Below are positions 22,486 to 32,468 of a stretch of 64,000 nucleotides of DNA, piece after piece. The stretch lies in contig CAVPPB010000001.1 in NCBI GenBank assembly GCA_963707215.1, forward strand, positions 512,001-576,000, in the 5' to 3' direction. This stretch comes from an uncultured Chloroflexia bacterium. GTDB taxonomy: Bacteria; Chloroflexota; Limnocylindria; Limnocylindrales; CSP1-4. The notes beneath the pieces were generated by a model. The model saw only the letters and a list, made by a program, of their open reading frames with translations. It did not search any database and was not told the origin of the DNA. Each line of letters opens with the position of its first letter. Positions within the stretch are counted from its first letter, which is position 1. A program made the translations under genes and the position numbers.

Positions 22486-23736
22486 ATGACGACCCGATTC
22501 CCCGCCTCGGTCGACACGGTCGTGATCGGTGCAGGCCAGGCCGGTCTGACGATGAGCTGGCACCTCCAGCAGGCCGGCCGCGATCACATCGTCCTCGACT
22601 CCCGGGCGTCCCTTGGCGGCAGCTGGCAGGACCGCTGGGAACGCTTCCGCCTGGTCGGCCCGAACTGGACGGCCAGCTTCCCCGGCGCCCCCTACGACGG
22701 CGACGATCCGGATGGCTTCATGCCGCGGGACGAGATCGCCGGCCGGGTCGCCCGGTACGCGTCCACCATCGGAGCGCCCGTCGTCCTGGAGGCCATCGTA
22801 GGCCGCCTTACCCGGAGGGTGGATGGCTTCCGTCTCGAGACCGGCCAGGGATCCGTGGACGCTGGCGAGGTGATCGTCGCCGTCGGCGGCTTCCATGCCC
22901 CGCGCGTGCCATCCGTCGCCGCGGACCTACCGGCCCGCGTCCTGAGCCTCCACGCCCATCACTACCGCGATGCCACCGACCTGCCCGATGGAGCCGTGCT
23001 GGTCATCGGCTCCGGGCAGACCGGCGTACAGCTGGTAGAGGAGCTGCGGGACCAGGGCCGGGAGGTCTACCTCTGCGTCGGGTCGGCCGGGCGGGTGCCC
23101 CGCCGCTACCGGGGGCACGACCTCTTCCACTGGCTATGGGAGCTGGCCGAGCGGGGCGAGGAGATGGGCGTCCGCCTGCCGACAGCGGACCAGCTCCCGG
23201 ATGGGACACGTCGCCTGCTCGGCAACCCGCACCTCTCGGGTCACGGTGGCGGTCACGAGGTCGACCTGCGACGGATCGGGCTGGACGGCACCACGCTGTT
23301 GGGACGCCTGACTGCGATCGAGGGAGAACGCGTCCGTCTTGGAGATGACCTGCAGGCGAACCTCGACGCCGCCGATCGCCTCTTTGCCGAGCGGTTCCAG
23401 GGTCCCATCGACGCCTTCATCGCCGCGGCCGGCCTGGACCTGCCGCCAGCCGAGCCGACGACCCGCGTCGAATACTCGCCGCCGATCGTGGAGGAGCTCG
23501 ACCTGGCGGCTGCCGGCATCTCGACGGTCCTGTGGACCACCGGCTACCGGCAGGACCTGTCCTGGATCGACCTCCCGGTGACCGACGACCTGGGGTTCCC
23601 GCGCCAGACCGACGGTGTGTCCGAGGTGCCGGGCCTGTACTTCGTCGGTGGATTGTGGCAGCGCGACCAGACGTCGGCGACCCTCGTCGGGCTCCCGCGG
23701 GATGCCCGTGTGCTTGCTGCCCGGATGGGCCTGTGA
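22486..23736 (+). CDS. Flavin-containing monooxygenase-like FAD/NAD(P)H oxidoreductase
   Basis: IGAGQAG, IGSGQTG, WTTGY, GLYFVG. Confidence 0.85.
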   Translation: MTTRFPASVDTVVIGAGQAGLTMSWHLQQAGRDHIVLDSRASLGGSWQDRWERFRLVGPNWTASFPGAPYDGDDPDGFMPRDEIAGRVARYASTIGAPVVLEAIVGRLTRRVDGFRLETGQGSVDAGEVIVAVGGFHAPRVPSVAADLPARVLSLHAHHYRDATDLPDGAVLVIGSGQTGVQLVEELRDQGREVYLCVGSAGRVPRRYRGHDLFHWLWELAERGEEMGVRLPTADQLPDGTRRLLGNPHLSGHGGGHEVDLRRIGLDGTTLLGRLTAIEGERVRLGDDLQANLDAADRLFAERFQGPIDAFIAAAGLDLPPAEPTTRVEYSPPIVEELDLAAAGISTVLWTTGYRQDLSWIDLPVTDDLGFPRQTDGVSEVPGLYFVGGLWQRDQTSATLVGLPRDARVLAARMGL

Positions 23737-23840
23737 TAGTGGGGTCGGGGTGATCCCGCTGCCCGGCATCCGCCCGATCGGTGCTGACGCCGAGCGGCCA
23801 TCACCGGCCCGGCGGACCGCTCGCTAGACTGCCGGGTGTC

Positions 23841-24455
23841 ATGACGACCCAGCCGCCCCCCACCGCTCCGCCGCCCCCCGACCCCGACGACCCGACCGGA
23901 CGGGTCACCCGCCTCGGCCCGGAGAGCGGCGGCCGGGTCCCGGGCGACGGTGCGCCGCGGGTCGAGGCCTGGTCCTGGACGACCGAGACGGACGCCCGGG
24001 TGGGGGTCCCGGTGCTGGGCATCGTGCTCGTCGTCCTGGGACTCCTCTTCCTCCTCCAGCAACTGGTCCCGGGAACGAGCTTCTGGGCCTGGGCGGCGCT
24101 CGCCCTCGGCGGCGTCGGGGTCGCGGTCTGGCTCTTCGACCATCGTCGGACCGGCATGCTCCAGGTCGGCCTGGTGCTCGTGGCGGCCGGGGTCGCCTCG
24201 CCCCTCCAGGCGCTCGGGCTCATCTCCGGGGACGGTTGGGGGACCCTGTTCGTCGGGCTGACCCTCATCGCCATCGGGATCGCCCGGCGGTCGAGTGGCA
24301 TCCCCTGGCAGGTCTGGATCGGCGGCCTGCTCGCGCTGATCGGCGCTTCGCAGACCGTCCTCCAAGGCGTCGGCGGAGGCTGGGTCTTCCCGGCGGCCGT
24401 CATCGTGGTGGGCGCGCTGCTGATCCTCAGGGCCACCCGGCGCTCAGGATCGTAG
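23841..24455 (+). CDS. Hypothetical multi-TM membrane protein
   Basis: Pro-rich N-terminus followed by 5-6 hydrophobic helices. Confidence 0.65.
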   Translation: MTTQPPPTAPPPPDPDDPTGRVTRLGPESGGRVPGDGAPRVEAWSWTTETDARVGVPVLGIVLVVLGLLFLLQQLVPGTSFWAWAALALGGVGVAVWLFDHRRTGMLQVGLVLVAAGVASPLQALGLISGDGWGTLFVGLTLIAIGIARRSSGIPWQVWIGGLLALIGASQTVLQGVGGGWVFPAAVIVVGALLILRATRRSGS

Positions 24456-24503
24456 GCCGCAGGGCCCGAGGCCGGATCCCCCCGGGCACGGCCCGGCCCC
24501 GCC

Positions 24504-25847
24504 CTACCCTGCCTCGCTCTCGGCCAGCCCCCGGTCGATCGCCGCCGCGAGCCCGTCGACGACCCGGGCCAGCTCCTCGTCGGTGATCACGTACGGCGGC
24601 CCGAGCAGGATCTGGTCGCCGTCGGTGCCGTTGGCCTGGCCGGTGCCGCTGTAGAGGAGCAGCCCATCGGCCTGGGCGCCGCGGACGATCGTCTCGGTGA
24701 GCCGGCGGGCCCGGGGGAACGGCTCGCGGGTCTCGCGGTCGGCGACGAGCTCGACCCCGACCATCAGCCCGAGGCCCCGGATCTCCCCGACGCTCGGGTG
24801 CTCATCGAGTCGCTCGTGGAGCAGGGCGCGCAGACGCTCGCCCTTGTCGCGCGAGGCCGTCACGAGGTCCTCGTCGCGGAGGATCCGGAGGACCTCGCCG
24901 GCGACCGCCGCGCCCACGACGTGATGGCTGTAGGTGAAGCCGTGGACGAAGCCGCCCTCGCGGATCGTCTCGCGGACCTGGCCGGACACGGCGGCGAAGC
25001 CGAACGGCCAGTAGCCGGACGTCGCCCCCTTGGCCGCCACGAGGATGTCCGGGCGGACGCCCCAGTGGTCGACCGCGAACCAGGCCCCGGTCCGCCCGAA
25101 GCCGGTCATGACCTCGTCGGCGATGAGCAGGACGCCGTGGCGTCGACAGACCTCGGCGATCGCCGGCCAGTAGCCGTCGGGCGGGACGGCTGCCGCGATG
25201 CTGGCCCCGACCACTGGCTCGGCGATGAACGCGGCGACGTTCCGCGGGCCGGCGTGGACGATGGTCCGCTCCAGCTCCAGGGCCAGCTCGTCCGCGGTGC
25301 CGAGGGCGTTGGCGCCGGGCTCGTCGGCCCGGTACGGGTAGGCCGCGCTGACGTGGCGGAAGCGGCCCAGCCACGGCTCGTACGGCCGCCGGAGCGGGCG
25401 TCGGCCCGAGAGATCGAGCGCCCCGAGGGTGTTGCCGTGGTAGCTGCCCCAGCGGGCGATGACGACGAGCCGGTCCGGCTCGCGGCGGGCCAGATGGTAG
25501 GCGCGAGCCTGCTTGAGGGCCGTCTCGGTCGCCTCGGAACCGCCGCTGACCGGGTAGACCGCCGGCTCGTCGAGCGGCAGGAGCGGCCCGACCTCCGCCG
25601 CGTATCGCTCGAGCGCCTCGTTGGTGAAGAAGCTGCCGTGCGCATAGGCCAGCCGGCTCGCCTGGTCGGCCATCACCTCGGCGACGCTGCGCCGGCCGTG
25701 ACCGACGTTGACGACGACCGCGCCCCCGGCGGCATCGAGGTAGGCCTTGCCATCGACATCCCAGATGGTCGAGGCCTCGGCCCGCGCGGCGACCGGCGGC
25801 TCGGGCAACATCGAGCGGCGGAAGACGGTGCCGCTGGCGGTGGTCAC
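24504..25847 (-). CDS. Class III PLP-dependent aminotransferase
   Basis: SGGSEA, SYHGNT, LLIADEVMTGFGRTG, AAKG, HGFTY. Confidence 0.92.
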   Translation of the reverse strand: MTTASGTVFRRSMLPEPPVAARAEASTIWDVDGKAYLDAAGGAVVVNVGHGRRSVAEVMADQASRLAYAHGSFFTNEALERYAAEVGPLLPLDEPAVYPVSGGSEATETALKQARAYHLARREPDRLVVIARWGSYHGNTLGALDLSGRRPLRRPYEPWLGRFRHVSAAYPYRADEPGANALGTADELALELERTIVHAGPRNVAAFIAEPVVGASIAAAVPPDGYWPAIAEVCRRHGVLLIADEVMTGFGRTGAWFAVDHWGVRPDILVAAKGATSGYWPFGFAAVSGQVRETIREGGFVHGFTYSHHVVGAAVAGEVLRILRDEDLVTASRDKGERLRALLHERLDEHPSVGEIRGLGLMVGVELVADRETREPFPRARRLTETIVRGAQADGLLLYSGTGQANGTDGDQILLGPPYVITDEELARVVDGLAAAIDRGLAESEAG

Positions 25848-26004
25848 GGGAGCTCGGTCGGGATCTCGGTCATCGTCGCCGATCGTAGCAGCGGCTCTCG
25901 GGAAGTGGGCGCTCGTCACGCTGGTGCGGCCCAGGGCGTCCTTTGCCCGGACCCGGTAGCCTGCCGGCGACGCCCGCACCCCAGGACCGCCGAACCGAAA
26001 CAAG

Positions 26005-26703
26005 ATGCGACTCCTCCTCGTCGACGACGAGCCCGATCTCCTCGCCGCGCTCGCGACCGGCCTCCGGCGCGAGGGCTACGCCGTGGACACCGCAGGTTCG
26101 GTGGCCGAGGCAGGCGCGCACCTGACCGAGAACCCCTACGACCTCGTCTGCCTCGACCTGGGGCTGCCGGACGGCGAGGGCCGCGACGTCTGTCGGGCGA
26201 TCCGGAGCGGCGAGCTGTCCGTCCCGGATTCCCCGCCGGCGCGGGTGTTGATGCTGACCGCCAGGGACAGCCTGGAGGACCGGGTGAGCGGCCTCGACGA
26301 GGGCGCCGACGACTACCTCGTCAAGCCCTTCAGCTTCGTCGAGCTGTCGGCCCGGATCCGCGCCCTGCTGCGGCGGGACACGGTCAATCCGGGAGCACGG
26401 ATCGCGATCGGCGACCTGGAGCTCGACGCGGCCCGCTTCGAAGCCCGGCGGGACGACGCTCGACTCGACCTCACCCCCAAGGAGTTCGCCCTCCTTCGGT
26501 ACCTGATGCTCCACCCCGACCAGGTCCTGACGCCCGAGCGGCTCCTGGAGCACGTCTGGGACGAGCACGCAGACCCGTTCTCGAACACGGTCCGGGTGAC
26601 CATCAGCAACCTCCGGCGGAAGCTCGCCGAGGCGAGCCCGGGCGACGACCAGCCCATCGAGACGGTCGTCGGCGTGGGCTACCGCCTCCGGGTGACGGCA
26701 TGA
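26005..26703 (+). CDS. OmpR-family response regulator (CutR/VanR-like)
   Basis: VDDE, LDLGLPD, GADDYLVKPF, DPFSNTVRVTISNLRRKL, GVGY. Confidence 0.93.
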   Translation: MRLLLVDDEPDLLAALATGLRREGYAVDTAGSVAEAGAHLTENPYDLVCLDLGLPDGEGRDVCRAIRSGELSVPDSPPARVLMLTARDSLEDRVSGLDEGADDYLVKPFSFVELSARIRALLRRDTVNPGARIAIGDLELDAARFEARRDDARLDLTPKEFALLRYLMLHPDQVLTPERLLEHVWDEHADPFSNTVRVTISNLRRKLAEASPGDDQPIETVVGVGYRLRVTA

Positions 26704-27971
26704 GCGGCTCCCCTGCTCCCGATCGGCCGTGGTCGGCGGCCGACCTGGTCCCGGCCTGGGTCCGCTCGATCCGCTTCCGGCTCGCCGCCATCTACACGCT
26801 CGCTCTCGTGGGGGTCGCCGGGCTGCTGCTCCTGGTCCTCTACCTCGGCTTCGAGCAGGTCCTCGCCGCCCAGGCCTCGAACGGCACTCCCAGCCTGGAG
26901 GCCGAGCTGCTCCGCCTGCTGGGCCTGGCCGACGTCTTCGGCTTCGGCGATGCGGCCACCGATGCCGCGGCGGCCATCCGGGCCCAGCTCCTGACCGATC
27001 TGCGGAACGTCTCCATCAGCGCGCTCCTCGTGCTGGTCCCGCTGGCCTTCCTCGTCGGCTGGCTGGTGGCCGGCCGGGTCCTGCGGCCGGTCGACCGGAT
27101 CACCGCGGTCGCCCGGGAGATCGGCTCGAGCGACCTGTCGCGCCGGATCCGCCTCGACGGCCCGAACGACGAGGTCCGCCGGATGGCCGACACGTTCGAC
27201 GCGATGCTCGACCGGCTCGACGACGGTGTCCAGGCCCAGCGCTCGTTCGTGGAGGACGCGTCCCACGAGCTGCGCAACCCGCTGGCCGTGATCCGGACGA
27301 CCCTCGACGTGGCCCTTGCCGAGCCGGGGGACGCCGAGGGCCTCCGTCGGGCCGCCGAGGTCGCCCTGCGGACGGCCGACCGGATGTCGACCACCGTGGA
27401 CGAGCTGCTGGCGTTCGCCCGCTACGGGGCGCAGCTCCAGCGAAGCGGCCCGGTCGACCTGGGCGCGGTCGTGACCGAGGTCGGCCAGGAGTACGAGGCG
27501 GTGGCAGCGGCCGCCGGCGTCCGGGTCGTCTGGGCGGCCGATGACGGGCTGGTCGTGGAGGGCGACCGCGACGCCCTCAAGCGGGCCCAGGCCAACCTCG
27601 TCTCGAATGCCGTCAGGGTCGCCCCGTCGGGCTCGACGATCCACTGCGGCGCCGGGCGGGTGCCCGGCTGGCGCTGGTTCGGCGTCCGCGACACCGGTCC
27701 GGGGATCGACCCGTCGCTGCAGCCGCTCGTCTTCCAGCGGGCCTGGCGGGAGGGTGGCCGAGCCATCGACGGGGAGGGCCGCGGCCTGGGCCTGGCCCTG
27801 GTCCGCCAGATCGCCGAGGCCCACGGCGGGACGGTCAGCGTCGCCTCGGCGCCAGGTGCCGGGGCGAGCTTCGTCGTGTGGCTGCCGGAGCGTGCCGGGG
27901 TGGGCGGCCCCTCGGTCGACGAGCTGCGGCGGCATCCGGACCCGCTCTGGGCGGTCGGCCTGCCCCGCTGA
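26700..27971 (+). CDS. HAMP sensor histidine kinase
   Basis: Two TM segments, HAMP, ASHELRNPL, NLVSNA, DTGPGI, GLGLA; ATGA overlap with the regulator. Confidence 0.92.
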   Translation: MSGSPAPDRPWSAADLVPAWVRSIRFRLAAIYTLALVGVAGLLLLVLYLGFEQVLAAQASNGTPSLEAELLRLLGLADVFGFGDAATDAAAAIRAQLLTDLRNVSISALLVLVPLAFLVGWLVAGRVLRPVDRITAVAREIGSSDLSRRIRLDGPNDEVRRMADTFDAMLDRLDDGVQAQRSFVEDASHELRNPLAVIRTTLDVALAEPGDAEGLRRAAEVALRTADRMSTTVDELLAFARYGAQLQRSGPVDLGAVVTEVGQEYEAVAAAAGVRVVWAADDGLVVEGDRDALKRAQANLVSNAVRVAPSGSTIHCGAGRVPGWRWFGVRDTGPGIDPSLQPLVFQRAWREGGRAIDGEGRGLGLALVRQIAEAHGGTVSVASAPGAGASFVVWLPERAGVGGPSVDELRRHPDPLWAVGLPR

Positions 27972-28058
27972 GCACGAGACGGGCTGGGGCACGGCGATGC
28001 CGCCGGGCCACCGGCGGCATCGTGTGATCCGGAACGATCGAGGGGACGCCCTCCGGTC

Positions 28059-28733
28059 CTAGTGCCAGACCTCCATGTAGCCGCTCTTCGTCTGGAAGAG
28101 CCAGCCGCCGCTCATGGTCGCCTCGTCGATCAGCGAGGCGCCGTCGAGGGTCACCGTCCCGAAGACGTCGGCGGCGCGCTGCACCCCGTTGCCGTGGGAC
28201 GTGTACTGGTATTGCCCGGCCGTGCCGCCGCTGTAGGTGCCGTGATAGCGCTCCAGGGCTCCGACGCCGCTGAAAGCGAGATCGACGGCGACCGTGCCGA
28301 TCACGACCGCGTCGAGGCACTCCCCGGTCGCTTCGTCCCAGGCGAGGCAGTCCTCGACCTCGAAGCTCGCGGTGAGCTGGCCGCCGCCGAGCTTCTTGGA
28401 CAGGGTCAGCACGTCGGCCTCGCCGCAGTAGCCGAAGCCGCCCTCGTCGATCCACTCGCCCTCGGGCGTGACTGTGACCGACCATGAGCTGACGCAGGCG
28501 TAGTCGGACTGCCAGGCACCGTCGCCTCGGGCGACGTACGACGCGGCGTCGACATACACCTCCGAGTAGGTCCCGGGCGGCAGGTTCCCGCTCTCGTCCC
28601 ACTCGAAGTCCGAGAACCAGGCGCTGACCCCCGACCCTCGCTCCCGGTAGTGATAGGTATCCGCGGCCAGCACCGGAGTGGCCGCGACCGACAGGCCCGC
28701 GATCACCGCGAGCAGCACCAGCAGGCGACGCAT
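28059..28733 (-). CDS. Secreted hypothetical beta-rich protein
   Basis: Signal peptide MRRLLVLLAVIAGLSVAATPVLA; acidic and aromatic, 4 Cys. Confidence 0.7.
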   Translation of the reverse strand: MRRLLVLLAVIAGLSVAATPVLAADTYHYRERGSGVSAWFSDFEWDESGNLPPGTYSEVYVDAASYVARGDGAWQSDYACVSSWSVTVTPEGEWIDEGGFGYCGEADVLTLSKKLGGGQLTASFEVEDCLAWDEATGECLDAVVIGTVAVDLAFSGVGALERYHGTYSGGTAGQYQYTSHGNGVQRAADVFGTVTLDGASLIDEATMSGGWLFQTKSGYMEVWH

Positions 28734-28964
28734 CTCGTCGTCCCCCATGCGTCGCGAGGCGGTCCCGCCAGTGGCTCGGCGCGGCACAGGCGGCCGATGC
28801 TGGCGCCGTGCGTCATCGCCTCTCGCGATGCGGATGAGACGCGAACGCCAGGCCGCTGTTGCCGGGCCGGCCATTTATGCCGCCCTTATCCCAGCTGAAC
28901 GGCCGCCTTACGCCTCGCCGGGCAGGCTGCGAGCTACGACTCGGACCCTGCTCGGAGAGACAAC

Positions 28965-30350
28965 GTGGACGATCCCTTCGCGAGCCAGGAGCGCTCGCAC
29001 CGGACCTGGCGCGACCTGCCGCCATCCCCCCCGATCGAGACACCGCCGCCCGAACCGACCTTCGCGGCCGCTGGCGCGCCGGTGCCGGCGACGCCCGCTG
29101 CGGCTGCCGCACGGCCGTCGCGCCGTCGGACCCTTGCCACCTTCGCCGTCGGTGCCGTCGCCGGTGCGCTCGTGCTGGGCGTGGCCGGCGCCGGAATCGT
29201 GTCGGCCACCCTGGGCGACGCGCTCGACCCGCTGGCCGCGGTCGAGCGGATGCTGCCCGACGCCACGACCGCTCCCGATGGGGGCGCCGAGAACGGCGGG
29301 TCGGCCCCCGGCACGACCGAGAACGAGCCCCTCGCCGACACCGCCGACCGGCTGCTCCCGTCGGTCGTCCAGATCGAGGCCGGCCAGGCGATCGGCTCGG
29401 GCTTCGTCGCCGACGTCGACGGCTGGATCCTGACCGCGTCGCACGTGGTCGGTCGCGAGGACCGGGTCACCCTGAAGCTGGACGATGGGACCGCGGTCGA
29501 GGCGACCGTGGTCGCCCGCGACCGGACCATCGACACGGCCGTCCTGCGGGCCGATGACAAGGACCTCCCGCCCGCCGTGCTGGGCCGCAGCGCCGACGTC
29601 CGCGTCGGCCAGGTCGCCGTCGCCGTGGGCAGTCCCTTCGGCTACAGCCAGACCGTGACGACAGGGATCGTCAGCGCCCTGGGGCGCACCCTCGAGACGC
29701 CCATCGGCGAGCTGCGCGACCTCATCCAGACCGATGCCGCCATCAACTCGGGCAACAGCGGCGGCCCGCTCGCGGACCGCGAGGGCAAGATCATCGGCAT
29801 CAACACGGCGATCGCCAGCGCCTCGGGCGGCAGCGACGGGGTCGGCTTCGCCGTCCCGATCGACACGGCAGTCGAGATGCTCCGCCGCGTCCAGGCCGGC
29901 GACTGGACGGCCGAGGACGACGTGCCGGCCGACGTCGGCGGCGTCCCCGGGTTGCCCTTCGGACCGGGCGGGCTCGACGACCTGTTCGACCAGCTGCTCG
30001 GCCCCGGTGGGCTCGACGACCTGTTCGGCGGCGACCTCTTCGGTGAGGATCCGTTCGCCGATCCGTCCGACCCGACGGACCCCGGAGCCGGCACCGGTCC
30101 CCTGGGGCCACTCTTTGACGACCTCTTCGGTGAGCTCTTCGGGGGCGGGGCGATCGCGCCCGAGCCGGCCCCGGAGGCCGATGGCTCCGTGCCGCCCGGC
30201 GACGGCGGTGCGGCCCCCGAGACGACCCCGGACGAGGGGCTCGATCTCGACCCGTTCATGCGGCGGACCATGGACCTGCTCTTCGACCAGCTGCTCGACG
30301 AGATGTTCGGGGCGGCGGTGCCCGGCCTCGACGGAGGAGCCACCTCGTGA
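28965..30350 (+). CDS. HtrA/DegP-like S1C serine protease without PDZ domain
   Basis: TM segment, ILTASHVV, IQTDAAINSGNSGGPL; acidic low-complexity tail. Confidence 0.88.
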   Translation: MDDPFASQERSHRTWRDLPPSPPIETPPPEPTFAAAGAPVPATPAAAAARPSRRRTLATFAVGAVAGALVLGVAGAGIVSATLGDALDPLAAVERMLPDATTAPDGGAENGGSAPGTTENEPLADTADRLLPSVVQIEAGQAIGSGFVADVDGWILTASHVVGREDRVTLKLDDGTAVEATVVARDRTIDTAVLRADDKDLPPAVLGRSADVRVGQVAVAVGSPFGYSQTVTTGIVSALGRTLETPIGELRDLIQTDAAINSGNSGGPLADREGKIIGINTAIASASGGSDGVGFAVPIDTAVEMLRRVQAGDWTAEDDVPADVGGVPGLPFGPGGLDDLFDQLLGPGGLDDLFGGDLFGEDPFADPSDPTDPGAGTGPLGPLFDDLFGELFGGGAIAPEPAPEADGSVPPGDGGAAPETTPDEGLDLDPFMRRTMDLLFDQLLDEMFGAAVPGLDGGATS

Positions 30351-31531
30351 CCACCCCCGACCTTCCGACCGTCCGCCTCGGCCAGGTCCGCCATGAGCTG
30401 ACCAGGGTCATCGTCGGCCAGGACCGCGTCCTCGATCGTCTGCTGGTCGCCGTCCTCGCCGACGGCCACGTCCTCCTGGAGGGCGTGCCCGGGCTCGGCA
30501 AGACGCTCGTCCTGGCCACCCTGGCCAGGGTCCTCGGCGGCTCCTTCTCGCGGATCCAGTTCACCCCGGACCTCATCCCGGCGGACGTCGTCGGGACCCG
30601 GATCTACCGGCCGTCGAGCGAGACGTTCGACGTCGAGCCGGGCCCGGTCCTCGCCAACATCGTCCTCGCCGACGAGATCAACCGGGCGCCGGCCCGGGTC
30701 CAGTCCGCCCTGCTCGAGGTCATGGCCGAGCGCCAGGTCACGATCGGCGGGCGGACCTTCCCGGCCCCCCGACCATTCCTCGTCGTGGCGACCCAGAACC
30801 CTATCGAGTCCGAGGGCGTCTACCCGCTGCCCGAGGCCCAGCGCGACCGCTTTCTCATGCGGGTCCCGGTGGACTACCCCACCCCGGCCGAGGAGCGGGC
30901 CATCGTGGCCCGGATGGCCGACGAGCCGCCGACGGCCGCCTGCCTGCTCGATCCCGAGGACGTGGTCGACCTCCAGGCGGCAGCCCGGGCCGTCCGGATC
31001 GCCGAGCCGACCGTCGACTACGCGGTCCGGCTGGTCCTCGCGACGCGCGAACCGCGGGCCCACGGCCTCGACCGGCTGGTCGGGATGCTCGAGTACGGGG
31101 CCAGCCCCCGGGCGAGCCTCGGACTGGTCCGGGCCGCCCGGGCGATGGCCCTCCTGCGCGGCCGCGACGAGGCCACCCCGCAGGACGTCTACGACGTGGC
31201 CTACGACGTGCTCAACGCCCGGCTGGCCCTCTCGTACGCGGCGCTCGCCGAGGGCTTCACCGTCGACGACGTCCTGGTCGAGCTCCTGACGACGGTCAGG
31301 GCGCCGGCCCGGGTGGCCCCCTACCGGCCCTCGGCCGGGCCGGCCATCGCGTCACTGCCGCCGTCCCCACCCACCGCCGCCCCGACGCCGGGCCCTGACG
31401 GCTGGCGAGCGCCGGCCGAGTGGCAGTCGCCGGTCTCCGCGCCGCCGGTCGTGCTGGCGGGCGATCCCCCGCCGGCGGCCCAGCCCGCCGATGCGCGGTC
31501 GCCGGGTCCGAACCCGGGTGAGCCGCGATGA
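30347..31531 (+). CDS. moxR: MoxR family AAA+ ATPase
   Basis: GVPGLGKT, RIQFTPDL, LADEINRAP, ATQNPIE, PLPEAQRDRF. Confidence 0.93.
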   Translation: MTTPDLPTVRLGQVRHELTRVIVGQDRVLDRLLVAVLADGHVLLEGVPGLGKTLVLATLARVLGGSFSRIQFTPDLIPADVVGTRIYRPSSETFDVEPGPVLANIVLADEINRAPARVQSALLEVMAERQVTIGGRTFPAPRPFLVVATQNPIESEGVYPLPEAQRDRFLMRVPVDYPTPAEERAIVARMADEPPTAACLLDPEDVVDLQAAARAVRIAEPTVDYAVRLVLATREPRAHGLDRLVGMLEYGASPRASLGLVRAARAMALLRGRDEATPQDVYDVAYDVLNARLALSYAALAEGFTVDDVLVELLTTVRAPARVAPYRPSAGPAIASLPPSPPTAAPTPGPDGWRAPAEWQSPVSAPPVVLAGDPPPAAQPADARSPGPNPGEPR

Positions 31532-32468
31532 CGACGGCCACCCGCGGCGGCGTCGATCCGGTCACCGTCGAGCGGCTGCGCCGGACGAGACTCGCCGTCA
31601 GCCGGCGGATCCTCGGTCGACGCGAAGGTGATCATGCCTCGGTCCTGCTGGGCCGCGGGGTCGAGCCCGGGGACGCCCGGCCGTACGTGCCGGGCGACGA
31701 CGTCCGGCGGATGGACTGGACCGTCCTGGCCAGGACCGGCGAGCCGCACGTCCGCGACGCCACGGCGGAGCGGGACCTCGACGTCGTCATCCTCCTCGAC
31801 CGATCGGCGAGCCTCGATTTCGGAACGGCTCACTGGCGCAAGGCCGACCTGGCCGTCGCGGTCGTCGCCGCGCTCGCCGAGCTCGCCGTCGGGGCCCGCG
31901 ACCGGGTCGGTGCCTTCATCGACGGCCACGACGGGCCCACGATCGTCCCGGTCCGGGCGGCCGCGCGCACGCCGCGGCCCTCGTCGGTCGGGCGGCCGGT
32001 GCGACCCTCGGCGGTCGGACCGACCTCGCAGCCAGCCTCCGGCACCTCGATCTCGCCTTCCGGCGTCGCGGCCTCGCCGTCGTCGTCTCCGACCTGCTCG
32101 GCCCGCCCGAGCGCTGGGTCGACGCCCTGCGGAGGCTCGGCCAGCGCCACGACCTCGTCGTCGTGGAGGTGGTCGATCCTCGGGAGCTGCGGCTACCCGA
32201 CGTCGGCGAGGTCCGCCTCGAGGACCCCGAGACGGGCCTCCAGCGGACCGTCGACACGGGCGACGTTCGCCTCCGCGCGGACTACGCCGAGGCATCCGAC
32301 CGGCGAAGAGCCGCCGTGGGTGCGGCCGTCCGCTCGGCGGGCGCCACGCATCTCCGACTGCGGACCGACCGCGACTGGATCGGACCGCTCATCGCCTGCC
32401 TGGAGTCCCGCCGCCGCGACCGGATCGCCGGCCGCAGGGACGGTCGCTCGACCGGGTGGCGACGATGA
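31528..32468 (+). CDS. DUF58 protein (1-nt frameshift near 31956)
   Basis: RPYVPGDDVRRMDW, LDRSASLDFG; after the shift VVSDLL...VVDPRE. Confidence 0.85.

Noticed and set aside
24798-26700. 1057-aa ORF suggesting a giant histidine kinase
   Set aside because: The N-terminal part overlaps the aminotransferase and response regulator; the real start is the ATG at 26700.
31940-31970. Frameshift in DUF58
   Set aside because: Single-base loss in a short G run with both halves intact; likely an error.
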